Assembly: GCA_902802115.1 (NCBI GenBank) | Contig: CADCKW010000001.1 | Location: 152,700 to 216,699, forward strand | Source of the DNA: an uncultured Pseudomonadota bacterium | Lineage (GTDB): Bacteria; Pseudomonadota; Alphaproteobacteria; Rs-D84 | Direction of reading: 5' to 3' | DNA length: 64,000 nt | Part shown: positions 38,364-50,815 of the stretch, piece by piece | How the letters are laid out: each line of letters opens with the position of its first letter | How positions within the stretch are numbered: position 1 is the stretch's first letter | Translations under genes and position numbers: made by a program | Notes under the pieces: generated by a model | Told to the model about the DNA's origin: nothing | What the model saw: the letters and a program-made list of their open reading frames with translations, nothing else | Databases searched by the model: none

Positions 38364-40115
38364 TTATCTGTTATGTTGAACTTTTTTCAACACACCGCGA
38401 TTAACCAAGTATGCGCGTTGTTGCGCCTTGGTTGCATTCTCGAATTTACTGTGTTTGCCCAAACTGCCACCACGTGATTCAACGCGTTGTTGTGCCATTT
38501 TTTTAACACCTGCCCCGCGTTCGCCAGCATTTAAAACAACCTGAATCAATTCAGCATTTTGTGCATCGGTCAGTTTTTCGTTTGAATTTACCGCCAATTC
38601 CAAAACATCAATTTTAAAACCATATTCACGATACATGAAATACGCATACGCAACGCGTTCCGCAGAAATATAATCACTTAAAACAATATTGCCTGATTGA
38701 ACTTGGTTGTTTATTTTTGATAAAACATCAGCCTTTTTATTACCACCAATAATATCCAGCGCAGAATTATAATAATTCACCAAAGCCTGAGCATACGCTG
38801 TATCAATTGCGACTGTCGCCGCTTCTTGTTTTTGAACAACAGGTTTTGCTTTTACTTCTTTTTTTACCTGTTTATCATTTTGATATTGTTTTCCTGAATC
38901 AACACCAATTTTTAATAAACCTGCCAACAAAGCACCTGCGGCAACCACAGAAACCAAGCCGGTCCAAAAATGTTTTTTGGTGCGTTTTGGTTCTTGCGAT
39001 GATTTTTGTTGTTTTTTCAAATTTTTCCAATGTTCGCGCGAAGTTTTTTCTGCATCACGAATAATTTCACGATTGCGTTTTTTTTCATCACGCCCTGCTT
39101 TGATTTCTGTGCGTTTTTCGTTAATTGTTTTAACCCCAGATTGAACAACATCTTGAAATTCACCAACAACACCAGATACCGTTTTTTGCAACACAGACAT
39201 CGCTTGTTCAAAATTCGCCCTGCGTGCATCGCGTTTTTCTGCGCGTGCATTTTTATCTGTTTCTTGCTTTGCCTGTTTTAAATCTTTTTTTTCTTCTTTG
39301 CGTTTCAATTCAATCGCTTTTTCACGCGCAGATTTTTTTTCACCATGCCAAGAATTAAATTTATCTTTTAATTTACTAAACCAAGATTTCTTTGGTTCGA
39401 CATTTTCTTTAACTGCATGATTGTTATTATTGCGCAACCAACCATCTAATATATCAATAGCCTGTGTTTTTTCGTTATCTGCCACATGAACAGTTTGCAA
39501 TAATGTCAATGCCGCACTTGCATATTCATACGTCAAATTTACGGTTTTATTAACAATTGCATGTGACAATTCTAAAACTTCATCACGCATATTATCCAAA
39601 TGTTTTATCGCACGTGTATTTGTTGGATTTTTTTTAATTTTGGCACGCGCCGCCAGATATTTCTTCTGTCTTTGTTTCAATTCATCAGGACTCATTTGCG
39701 TCACATTTTTCGAACTTTTTATCACACCATTGCGATTATATGCCCCAACATAAGCAAGCACATCAAAAGACGCATATTTTTGTAATTCGCTTAATAAACG
39801 ATTGCGACGCATTTGTTCAAAACTATCAACCAACAGAGCAAAACATTGAATATCTGCGTCTGTCATTTTTTCAGGATTTTTTTCCAAAACATGACGCATA
39901 GCATCAAAATATTTTTCCGCACGATTTGCACAGATTGATTGTGTCTTGTGCGCATTGCGCGAATTATAATGATTCATCAAATGCAAATGAGCACGTTTAT
40001 AATCTTTAACCAAATCAAAAATATCATTTTGCTCTTTAACAGACAGCATATTAAAACCCCTATTCTTAAATCGACTTATAAAATATACACTAAAATTTTT
40101 AATTGTCAATAACAA
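38364..40115 (-). CDS. Large Lys/Glu-rich coiled-coil membrane protein
   Basis: 583 aa, single TM (FWTGLVSVVAAGALLAGLL) at about two-thirds of the length. Confidence 0.8.
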   Translation of the reverse strand: MLLTIKNFSVYFISRFKNRGFNMLSVKEQNDIFDLVKDYKRAHLHLMNHYNSRNAHKTQSICANRAEKYFDAMRHVLEKNPEKMTDADIQCFALLVDSFEQMRRNRLLSELQKYASFDVLAYVGAYNRNGVIKSSKNVTQMSPDELKQRQKKYLAARAKIKKNPTNTRAIKHLDNMRDEVLELSHAIVNKTVNLTYEYASAALTLLQTVHVADNEKTQAIDILDGWLRNNNNHAVKENVEPKKSWFSKLKDKFNSWHGEKKSAREKAIELKRKEEKKDLKQAKQETDKNARAEKRDARRANFEQAMSVLQKTVSGVVGEFQDVVQSGVKTINEKRTEIKAGRDEKKRNREIIRDAEKTSREHWKNLKKQQKSSQEPKRTKKHFWTGLVSVVAAGALLAGLLKIGVDSGKQYQNDKQVKKEVKAKPVVQKQEAATVAIDTAYAQALVNYYNSALDIIGGNKKADVLSKINNQVQSGNIVLSDYISAERVAYAYFMYREYGFKIDVLELAVNSNEKLTDAQNAELIQVVLNAGERGAGVKKMAQQRVESRGGSLGKHSKFENATKAQQRAYLVNRGVLKKVQHNR

Positions 40116-40150
40116 ATTACTCTATAAAAAAATAGTTAGTTGTCCCTACT

Positions 40151-40204
40151 TTATAAAAAAAACGACCATTTTTGGTCGTTAATCTTGGTAGCGGAGGAGG
40201 GACT
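40151..40204 (-). repeat. 54-bp exact direct repeat of the tRNA-Met 3' end plus terminator (copy of 40318-40371)
   Basis: ttataaaaaaaacgaccatttttggtcgttaatcttggtagcggaggagggact occurs twice, 167 bp apart. Confidence 0.95.
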
Positions 40205-40352
40205 GTATATTCCCACTCTTTTCATTCGTGGGCCCCTTTCCAAATCGCGACGGTTTTGCCACATTACATTTGCAAAACCTGCTATTTTGTCGGCCCCTGG
40301 GGGTCCTCGTCCCTGATTTATAAAAAAAACGACCATTTTTGGTCGTTAATCT

Positions 40353-40429
40353 TGGTAGCGGAGGAGGGACTCGGACCCCCGACACGCGGATTATGATTCC
40401 GCTGCTCTAACCAGCTGAGCTACTCCGCC
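40353..40429 (-). tRNA. tRNA with CAT anticodon, elongator type (Met)
   Basis: GGCGGAG.../CTCCGCT-A-CCA, GCGGA-ATCATAA-TCCGC. T-loop reads TCCGAGT. Confidence 0.93.
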
Positions 40430-40486
40430 AATGTTGTGCATTATAGATGCAAAAAAATAAAAATCCAGTAAAAAATAGTTTTTGTG

Positions 40487-40514
40487 TTGATTTTTGCTAA
40501 CCGACGGCTATAAT
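40487..40514 (+). promoter_or_regulatory. Promoter for tRNA-Thr
   Basis: TTGATT - 16 bp - TATAAT. Confidence 0.65.
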
Positions 40515-40524
40515 AGCCCTTGTC

Positions 40525-40598
40525 GCCCTAATAGTCTAGTGGTAAAACACGTCCTTGGTAAGGACGAGTCGCAAGTCCGATTCTTGCTTAGGGCACCA
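40525..40598 (+). tRNA. tRNA-Thr(GGT)
   Basis: GCCCTAA/TTAGGGC-A-CCA, CGTCC-TTGGTAA-GGACG, GCAAG-TCCGATT-CTTGC. Confidence 0.94.
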
Positions 40599-40600
40599 CG

Positions 40601-40646
40601 AAATTTTGTTAGCCCGCACAAAAAAGTGCGGGCTTAAAAAATTTCA
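40601..40646 (+). terminator. Hairpin downstream of tRNA-Thr
   Basis: gaaattttgttagcccgcac-aaaaaa-gtgcgggcttaaaaaatttc. Confidence 0.7.
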
Positions 40647-40852
40647 GTGTCGCGCCGTAGCCAATGCGTTCAACGAACAATATATATAATTTAAAATTAA
40701 TTCTTTCAATGAAATTAAGAACTAGCGTAGGCGGACAGCCTGTCTCGGCATAGCGAAGCGAAGACGGATGTCGCGCCCCAACCACCCCAACCTTTCCTTG
40801 AAAAACACGCTTTTTTGTGATATAATACCACCATAAAACAAAAGGATTTAGT

Positions 40853-41500
40853 ATGAAAAAACCTGACTACACATTACTGGGGCAATTAATTCGCGAACTG
40901 TATGACGAAAACAACAAAGTATTTGTCGAAACCACATTTGCCGTTGACGGAAACGGTTATTACAACCCAATTACTTTTGATGAAAATGGTAAAATCCAAG
41001 GAACATCTGCACATTACCCAACAAAATCTGGCGGAAAAATACCTTTCCAAAATGGCAGTTCGCTAAATTCATTTTACGCAACCAGTTTTCGTGTTGGTAA
41101 ATATACATTTCGCCAATTATTCGTCCCTGTACGCGGTGAAAAGGCATATAATATAAAATTCTTGGTACGTGGTCCAAAAAATGAAGAATCAATATATGAT
41201 TTTTCTGATCGCGAATGCATGAATATATGGTTTGCGACACAACGCGCCTGCGATGCTGGAAAACCTGGCACAAAACAATATGAATATTCAAGAAATATGA
41301 TGCGTCAATATTTATTAAACACATTACGCGATGAATCATTACGCAAAATCGCATCCCAAGATTTTATAGAACAAAAACAAGATTACACGACTATATATGA
41401 AAAAGCCTCTAAAAAATTAAAATCTTTGGGTGTTGAACCCGATGAAGTAAAAATGCACAAAACATTACGTACAATAAAGGCAAGAAACAAGGAAAAATAA
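40853..41500 (+). CDS. Hypothetical protein
   Basis: 215-aa ORF with RBS 'aaggat'. Confidence 0.75.
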   Translation: MKKPDYTLLGQLIRELYDENNKVFVETTFAVDGNGYYNPITFDENGKIQGTSAHYPTKSGGKIPFQNGSSLNSFYATSFRVGKYTFRQLFVPVRGEKAYNIKFLVRGPKNEESIYDFSDRECMNIWFATQRACDAGKPGTKQYEYSRNMMRQYLLNTLRDESLRKIASQDFIEQKQDYTTIYEKASKKLKSLGVEPDEVKMHKTLRTIKARNKEK

Positions 41501-41518
41501 GAATCTATTTTTTCCAAT

Positions 41519-42130
41519 TTGTTTTTATATGCAAAATATGATAAAATGGTCTGCATGAAGTTCAGACCATTTTTTTTATTACCAATACTGATGCCAACAA
41601 TGGCAATGGCTGAATCTGTATTTTTACCTGACAACAATCCATTTATGGGAAATTATCAAAATCAAATGTTTTACGGCATTGGCCAGGGTTTTGATACCGG
41701 TATTTTATTACCGCCACCGGTAAAGCCTGTTCCGTTTTATATTGGCACAATCACATATTCACAACCGACATCTTTTTTTCGTATTCCTGCGCGCAGAAAT
41801 TTAAATATATCTATGACACTTGGGTTAGATGAAAAAAACGGTTGGAAATGGCAAGATTACACAATTCCAATTGGATATGTCACCGAAGATATCGCCCTGT
41901 TCCGCTATAAACGAATTTATATGGGAACCGGTGCCGGCGTTGGATTACAGGCCAAAGAAAACGCGCGTTTGGGCGCAAAATTGGTTTTCCAATTCAAAGT
42001 TATGTTTGGTTATAACATCAACAAAGAATGGGCAACGGAATTATTTATCCAACATTTCTCAAACGCAAACACCGCCGAAGAAAATAATTCTTACGCATTT
42101 TACGGAATTGGTATAACACATAATTTTTAA
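41519..42130 (+). CDS. Acyloxyacyl hydrolase / lipid A 3-O-deacylase (PagL family; probable start 41555)
   Basis: Signal peptide, beta-barrel alternation, ELFIQHFSNA (H-x-SN catalytic motif), terminal F. Confidence 0.8.
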   Translation: MFLYAKYDKMVCMKFRPFFLLPILMPTMAMAESVFLPDNNPFMGNYQNQMFYGIGQGFDTGILLPPPVKPVPFYIGTITYSQPTSFFRIPARRNLNISMTLGLDEKNGWKWQDYTIPIGYVTEDIALFRYKRIYMGTGAGVGLQAKENARLGAKLVFQFKVMFGYNINKEWATELFIQHFSNANTAEENNSYAFYGIGITHNF

Positions 42131-42133
42131 TAA

Positions 42134-42796
42134 TTACCAATCTATTGGCGATTGACCTGTTTTTATTAAATAATCATTTGCCTGACTAAAATGTTTGCAA
42201 CCGAAAAATCCGCGATATGCCGACAAAGGCGATGGATGCACAGATTTTAAAACTAAATTTTTTGATACATCAACCAAAGATGCTTTCTTTTGTGCATAAC
42301 TGCCCCACAACATATAAACAACATGTTCTTTTTTTGCAACCGCACCAATTACCGCATCTGTAAATTGTTCCCAACCATGCCCCGCGTGCGATGCAGCCAA
42401 ATGCGCAATCACCGTCAATGTTGAATTTAACAGCAATACACCCTGATTTGCCCAATGTGTTAAATCACCATGTGTCGATGACGGCCGTCCTAAATCAGTT
42501 TCAATTTCACGATAAATATTTTGCAGTGATGGTGGCGGTGTAATTCCCGACGGCACAGAAAAACAAAGACCATGTGCCTGACCTGGTTCATGATATGGGT
42601 CTTGACCGATAATAACAACCTTGACTTTATCAAACGGGCATAAATTAAACGCATTAAAAATATCACGCGCACGCGGATATATTGTTTTCCCAGATAAATA
42701 TTCGCCACGCACAAAATCAGTCAATTTCCGGAAATAATCTTTATCAAATTCATCTGCCAACACAGATTTCCAAGATTCTTCAATTTTCACATCCAT
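42134..42796 (-). CDS. ung: Uracil-DNA glycosylase
   Basis: [44 protein letters not shown]. Confidence 0.98.
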   Translation of the reverse strand: MDVKIEESWKSVLADEFDKDYFRKLTDFVRGEYLSGKTIYPRARDIFNAFNLCPFDKVKVVIIGQDPYHEPGQAHGLCFSVPSGITPPPSLQNIYREIETDLGRPSSTHGDLTHWANQGVLLLNSTLTVIAHLAASHAGHGWEQFTDAVIGAVAKKEHVVYMLWGSYAQKKASLVDVSKNLVLKSVHPSPLSAYRGFFGCKHFSQANDYLIKTGQSPIDW

Positions 42797-43460
42797 TTTT
42801 CAATCCTTTGATTAAACCATTTTGTGCAGATTTAAATAATACAACATCAATGTATCCGCGTGGCAAATTTGTTTCTTGTTCCAAATGTGCAAACATATCA
42901 TCACAATATTTTTTAATCTCTGGATTTAATTTTTGATTATCTGCAACAACTGAACTCTGTACTCTGAACTCTGTACTCTGCATTGCAAATGCAATGCCCA
43001 ACCGTTGAATCCACCGGTCATATTTCACAACATTTTCACCCAAATTACGCGCCAAATGATTTACCGTTATATCACCAATATATGGTAATTTTTTTAAACA
43101 AGATATTTTTTCATCTAAATTTTTGCAATTATAATATTCATCACAAAACGCATTTTTATTTTGCCATACTTTGATAATAGATTTTAATTTAACATCATTT
43201 TTAAAAAACTTTTTCAAATCATCAATGGTTGGATTTTGATTCATTAACGGCATAATAATCTTATGAATTTTTTTCGCAGTATTTTGATTAAACCCACTTG
43301 CCAAAATCACATAAGACACCGCCGATGCAAACTCTGTTGGCGACAATTTTTTTGGATTTGATAAAGTATCGCGAATTTCATCAAACGATTTATCGTCACT
43401 ATCCAACCCGCGTTCGCGCAAAGTTTTTTCCAAATCAAAAAACCAATCTGCCGAAAACAT
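42780..43460 (-). CDS. HhH-GPD-like DNA glycosylase-related protein with an in-frame heptamer repeat
   Basis: [15 protein letters not shown] (HhH-like) followed by YDRWIQRL. Confidence 0.6.
   Translation of the reverse strand: MFSADWFFDLEKTLRERGLDSDDKSFDEIRDTLSNPKKLSPTEFASAVSYVILASGFNQNTAKKIHKIIMPLMNQNPTIDDLKKFFKNDVKLKSIIKVWQNKNAFCDEYYNCKNLDEKISCLKKLPYIGDITVNHLARNLGENVVKYDRWIQRLGIAFAMQSTEFRVQSSVVADNQKLNPEIKKYCDDMFAHLEQETNLPRGYIDVVLFKSAQNGLIKGLKNGCEN
42954..42980. repeat. Tandem 7-mer (ACTCTG[T/A]) x4 inside a CDS
   Basis: actctgt actctga actctgt actctg. Confidence 0.85.
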
Positions 43461-43503
43461 TTTGCATCTTTATTTTTTTATAAAAAATTTAGATGTGTAA
43501 AAA

Positions 43504-45948
<2,445 letters not shown>

Positions 45949-45994
45949 CTACAATTATCAAGGAAAAAGGCAAAAAAATTAAAGGATAAAACAC

Positions 45995-46564
45995 ATGAAA
46001 TTTAAATTGATTTATTCAGGCGACATATTTGTCAATCCTAAAAAACGGGCCCAGCATATTTCGGATATCCGCATGCAATTTCACCCTCAATTGAAAAAGT
46101 TAGTTGAACACAGCCCATGGAATAATTTAACAAAATATATGCTGCCACACGCGTCCAAGGCACCGTTAATAACGCGCCATGTCGGCGGCATAGACTGGAA
46201 CCCTATTATCAGTCCAAACCTGAAAATGATTGCAGAATTAGATATTTTGTTATTACACCCTGAAATTGTTGGGGTTGCACGCAGCGATATCGATAATCGC
46301 ATAAAAACATTGATGGACGGTCTGCGTTGCCCACAAAACGAACACGAAATTGGGACAAACACACCGGCGAACATAGGGCCAATTTTCACATTATTGGACG
46401 ACGACCATTTGGTGACAAAACTGACGGTAAATACATCACACTTGTTGGCGCACGATATTATCCCTGAAAAATATCAAGGCAGTCCAGATTCAGTATTTGT
46501 GTTAATTGATGTAAATGTCCGCGTCACCGAAGGTAATTTGGAAAACCTGCCATTCATGGTGTAA
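45995..46564 (+). CDS. Hypothetical protein with a RusA-like DxDNxxKxxxD motif
   Basis: SDIDNRIKTLMDGL, LLDDDHLV. Confidence 0.7.
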   Translation: MKFKLIYSGDIFVNPKKRAQHISDIRMQFHPQLKKLVEHSPWNNLTKYMLPHASKAPLITRHVGGIDWNPIISPNLKMIAELDILLLHPEIVGVARSDIDNRIKTLMDGLRCPQNEHEIGTNTPANIGPIFTLLDDDHLVTKLTVNTSHLLAHDIIPEKYQGSPDSVFVLIDVNVRVTEGNLENLPFMV

Positions 46565-46610
46565 GTTCCCCTCCTGTGGAGGGGAGGGCCGGCTTTGCCG
46601 GCGGGGTGGT
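46564..46610 (+). repeat. Repeat family A copy starting at the stop codon
   Basis: agttcccctcctgtggaggggagggccggctttgccggcggggtggt. Confidence 0.85.
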
Positions 46611-46658
46611 ATTCCATTTTTTTGGGTTTTACAAAAAGCACCCTACTTTATCCAATAA

Positions 46659-46686
46659 AAAAATCCCCAAATCATTGGGGATTTTT
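46659..46686. terminator. Bidirectional terminator
   Basis: aaaaatccccaa-atca-ttggggattttt. Confidence 0.85.
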
Positions 46687-46688
46687 GA

Positions 46689-47984
46689 TTATATGCTGAT
46701 TGCGTCACCCGCTTCCCTTTGTCGTGCCACCAACGCAGCCACACGTTTTGCTTCTTCGGCCTTGGCGCGTTTTAATTCATCTTGTGCATCTTCGACTTGT
46801 TTTTTCATCTTAACCTTTGCTGCACCCTTGTTAAACACACCCGCTTTATCAACATCTGCTTCGCCTTTTTCATACGCATCAATCACTTCCAAAGCCTTTT
46901 GCAACATTTTTTCCACAGACAATCTTGCCGCACGTTCATCATTGTATCTTTGTTCCATTTTTTTATTCAGCAATTTTTCTCTATCAAAATTATCACGAAA
47001 TTGGTCTCTGGATTTTTCCAATGTGGAATTTTGTTTTGTTAAAACATCGTTTTCTTTTAATAAATCGATATTTTCTTGTTCCAATGTATTTTCATAATTT
47101 GTGACATATTGTGCATCACCAGACCCAATAACTTTATTAAAATCATATTTATTATTTGCCATCTGTGACCATTGTCTTAATTGATTAAAGAATTTATCAT
47201 TGGACTCATCGCGAACATTTAAAATTTTCTGCAAACTTGGGTTTAATTGTTTTAAATTTAATACCATATGCACAACAGACGATGGTTGGGCCAAAATATT
47301 TCTAACCCTATCTGTCCCTGGCACATCTTTACTTAATTCTTTATCAAGTTCTTCATCTGTTCTGGCGAAAACATCATTTATAATTTTTAAAGCCTCGTCT
47401 GGTGTTTCAACGAAATAAATCATTTCTGCGATATCGTCCAATGTTGCATTTTCATTATTTGCCAACATTGTTGCAATATCTTTATACACACCGGCTTTCG
47501 CAGGATTTTTGACAGAATTATTATAAACTGCCTCTGCTGGTTTTTGATAATATCCTGAAAAACTTTGAAAATGTTTTAATACATCATACACCAGTTGTTT
47601 ATCTTTAAAAGATTTCATTCTATTTAAAAACATCTGCATATATGTTGTATTATCATAATACTCAACACTTCCCCAACCATTACCATTTTGTTTTGGGAAA
47701 AACACTTGTTCCGCCACAAATCGAATTGTGTTTGTGACATCTCTTGCCTCTGGCTTTCCCTTTACATCGTCCATATATTTTAACACGTTTTTCACAGTCC
47801 CAGATTTTATATCTTTATAATTCCCCAACGCTTTATGGACACTAACATTTGAATCTTTATCATTCATAGCACGGGTAACAGAGTCCCAAAATTCATAACA
47901 AGCCCTGGACCCATCTTGCCACTCTTTTTTTAAATCCATATACGCGCGAACAAATGTTTCCAAATCAAATTTAAAATCCGGCAT
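46689..47984 (-). CDS. Hypothetical protein with C-terminal coiled coil
   Basis: 431-aa ORF with RBS 'aaggag'. Confidence 0.8.
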   Translation of the reverse strand: MPDFKFDLETFVRAYMDLKKEWQDGSRACYEFWDSVTRAMNDKDSNVSVHKALGNYKDIKSGTVKNVLKYMDDVKGKPEARDVTNTIRFVAEQVFFPKQNGNGWGSVEYYDNTTYMQMFLNRMKSFKDKQLVYDVLKHFQSFSGYYQKPAEAVYNNSVKNPAKAGVYKDIATMLANNENATLDDIAEMIYFVETPDEALKIINDVFARTDEELDKELSKDVPGTDRVRNILAQPSSVVHMVLNLKQLNPSLQKILNVRDESNDKFFNQLRQWSQMANNKYDFNKVIGSGDAQYVTNYENTLEQENIDLLKENDVLTKQNSTLEKSRDQFRDNFDREKLLNKKMEQRYNDERAARLSVEKMLQKALEVIDAYEKGEADVDKAGVFNKGAAKVKMKKQVEDAQDELKRAKAEEAKRVAALVARQREAGDAISI

Positions 47985-48113
47985 AAAAATCTCCTTTTAC
48001 TAACACATAAATTATAGCATAAAAACAATACAAAATAAAACAAAAAACAAGACTGATTGGTTGTGTAAAAATCGCAACAAAATCGCCCAGCACTGCAAAT
48101 TTTTATTGGTACC

Positions 48114-49220
48114 CTACGATAACATCATAGTAATTTGGTCTTGCATTTGGAAAGTCGCCAACACAACCCACGCAATAATAACAGACACCAATAAAATACC
48201 AACACTGTTTAATGTTGATGATACAGAATCCATTTTACGCACAGAATTAGCCAAATAATCATTGGCCACACGCGAAACATTTTCGCCAAAATCGTTCATT
48301 TCAGAATATATGGTTAAATCGCCGATAATTTCATCGTTTGGAAATTCGCGCCCTGTTTTATCCAACGCAACCCCTAAATTATCACCATTTGCAATATATT
48401 GCAAAGTATTTTCCAAAATATCGCGCAAATATCTGTTTGAATTATCCGCCAAAGTCCGCATTGCATCTGGCACCGCAACACCCGCACGCACCATTGCCGA
48501 CAAAGACATCATCCACCCAACCGACACATACATTTTATAAATACTCCATGGTGGCAAAACATCAAACAAAGTCCGCAAACCCCCACGCCAATTTGCCAAA
48601 CTTGCCCAAACCAAGAAAATAACAACCAACATAAATCCAACAATAACATGCCAATAATTTATACAAAACTGTGACACACTAATTAAAATCCCAGCGGCAC
48701 CACCAAACACAACATTTGGACCCGCAACCGATGTCAATGGTGGCACCAAATACACACCAACCATAACAATAATACCAAATGTCAAAGCCAACAAAAACAA
48801 AGGATACGCGATTGCGTTGCGCATTGCGCGTTTAATTTTTGTAATACCATTTACCACCCTATCCAGATTTTCCAACGAAATAACCAAATCTGTCACATTT
48901 GCAGACGTCACCAACAAAATTTCGGAATCAGGCAACCAACCACGCGTAGAATCCGCAAAACTAAGTCCCATTTCCAGATTTTTTTGCCACATACGCATTG
49001 CAATAGCAAACGGTTCATCGGGTTTTCGTCCATTTTTAGATTCAATATCTTCTATACGACTCAACGCGTCCATCAAAGAAAAATTATTGCGCAACAACGA
49101 CGCCAATTTTCGTATCAGCGCCAATCGTCTGTCGGTATTCAATTTGAACACCATTTTTGCATATAAAATTTCTAATTTTTCCATGCGTTTAATATTCCCC
49201 TGGTCTGTCCAGTAATCCAA
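48114..49220 (-). CDS. Type II secretion F / PilR-BfpE inner-membrane platform protein (probable start 49184)
   Basis: LASLLRNNFSL.DAL, AIAYP, three TM segments, second T2SSF repeat (L..MVRAGV). Confidence 0.88.
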   Translation of the reverse strand: MDYWTDQGNIKRMEKLEILYAKMVFKLNTDRRLALIRKLASLLRNNFSLMDALSRIEDIESKNGRKPDEPFAIAMRMWQKNLEMGLSFADSTRGWLPDSEILLVTSANVTDLVISLENLDRVVNGITKIKRAMRNAIAYPLFLLALTFGIIVMVGVYLVPPLTSVAGPNVVFGGAAGILISVSQFCINYWHVIVGFMLVVIFLVWASLANWRGGLRTLFDVLPPWSIYKMYVSVGWMMSLSAMVRAGVAVPDAMRTLADNSNRYLRDILENTLQYIANGDNLGVALDKTGREFPNDEIIGDLTIYSEMNDFGENVSRVANDYLANSVRKMDSVSSTLNSVGILLVSVIIAWVVLATFQMQDQITMMLS

Positions 49221-50811
49221 CCCAACGTTCTAATTCATCGACACCAATGATACCACGCAACATTAATTCCGCCGCAGATTCCTTTAATGTGCGTCCGTCC
49301 ATTTCTTCCAACCAATATTTAACCGCCATATCGGTATTTCCTGCCAATGCAATCCGTAAAAACTCACTGTTTGTGATAATGATTTCACCAGCCTTGATAC
49401 GACCAATAGTGCCTGAACCATTACACTCGCTGCAACCTGGTCCTTTGATAAAGACTTGTTTTAATCCAATTTCGCCAAACGCGTCCATCACGCGTGAATA
49501 TGCCGAATGTTCTGGGTGATTTGATAAAGCCTCGCGACAATGCGGACACAGTTTTTTAAACAAACGCATAGACACCAAACCACGCATTAATGTTTCGTCT
49601 TTTAATTTAAAACTTTCAATTCCCATATCCAACAATCGTGTCAAAGCCGCCATTGCAGAATTCGCATGCAAAGTCGTCCAAACATTATGTCCCGACAATG
49701 CACCACGCACCGTTAATTGCGCCGCCGCCAAAGTCCTGATTTCACCAACCATCAATGTATCCGGGTCACTACGCAATGCCGCCGCCAAAGCCTCGGTATA
49801 TTTTTCATCGCGTTGTTCTTCGTTCATAGCATTTACGACCGGCATTTGATGTGCGCCAAATATTTTTTGTTCAACTGGATTTTCCACAGTAATCATATTT
49901 ATTTCATAATTGCGTTCTTTTAACATCATCGACATATTGCGAACCAATGTTGTTGATTTACCTGATGATGTAGGTCCCGCAACAATAACCAATCCGGTTG
50001 GATACGCACGCAAACGCATTAACAACCTTTGTTCATATTCACCAAATTCTTGTTCTGTTTTGATACCTTCGGACGGATTATCATACAACAATCGCATAAC
50101 AACATAACGTGTTCCATATGCGATTGGATTAAATTGCATACGAATACTGGTGACACCTGCTGGCAAATACAAATCGCGGGTTCCACGCAAAGGTGTTCGA
50201 CCATCTTTTTGTGCTGATTGATATTCATTTTGTGCATAGTTAGAATTTGAAATATCCGCCGACGCAAAAGCCGCCCTAACAAAAGATTCCCCCCAACCCG
50301 AATTATATTCCAACACAGGTTGCATACTGCCATCTATACGGAAATAAATTGTTGTCTGGTCAGCCACCTCGATATGCACATCACTAACCTTTTGTGCGGC
50401 CGCACGCGCGATAATATCGACAAAATCTTTTTGCATTTGGTTGTCGAAATCATTTCTTTGACGCGCCCCAGAACCCAATCTTTCTTCGTATGTTTTATAT
50501 ATCGCCGACACCAAACCCAAATCGGAATAAAACGGTTCCCGATAATTCATACCGCGTTCGCGCAACAAATCCAAAAAAGCCAACACACGCCCATCGTATT
50601 TATGCGTCCGCGAAATAATAATCTCGCCCCCAGAAAAATACGCAATCAAACTCTGGACATCTTTGGATAATTCCATTTTTGCCCCAGTTGCCGTCAATAA
50701 ACGATTACCATTAGAAAACAAATAATCAATGATTTCTTTTATTTCGGCACCTTCCATGCCGGCTGGCACAGACGGTTTTAATGCGGTTAAATTTTCTGTA
50801 TCTTTACTCAT
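49189..50811 (-). CDS. GspE/PilB-family assembly ATPase (PilQ/BfpD-like)
   Basis: SDVHIE, FRIDG, GPTSSGKSTTL, TVENPVE, LRSDPD.LMVGEIR, GH.V.TTLHAN, CPHC...CSEC. Confidence 0.93.
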   Translation of the reverse strand: MSKDTENLTALKPSVPAGMEGAEIKEIIDYLFSNGNRLLTATGAKMELSKDVQSLIAYFSGGEIIISRTHKYDGRVLAFLDLLRERGMNYREPFYSDLGLVSAIYKTYEERLGSGARQRNDFDNQMQKDFVDIIARAAAQKVSDVHIEVADQTTIYFRIDGSMQPVLEYNSGWGESFVRAAFASADISNSNYAQNEYQSAQKDGRTPLRGTRDLYLPAGVTSIRMQFNPIAYGTRYVVMRLLYDNPSEGIKTEQEFGEYEQRLLMRLRAYPTGLVIVAGPTSSGKSTTLVRNMSMMLKERNYEINMITVENPVEQKIFGAHQMPVVNAMNEEQRDEKYTEALAAALRSDPDTLMVGEIRTLAAAQLTVRGALSGHNVWTTLHANSAMAALTRLLDMGIESFKLKDETLMRGLVSMRLFKKLCPHCREALSNHPEHSAYSRVMDAFGEIGLKQVFIKGPGCSECNGSGTIGRIKAGEIIITNSEFLRIALAGNTDMAVKYWLEEMDGRTLKESAAELMLRGIIGVDELERWVGLLDRPGEY

Positions 50812-50815
50812 TTTA

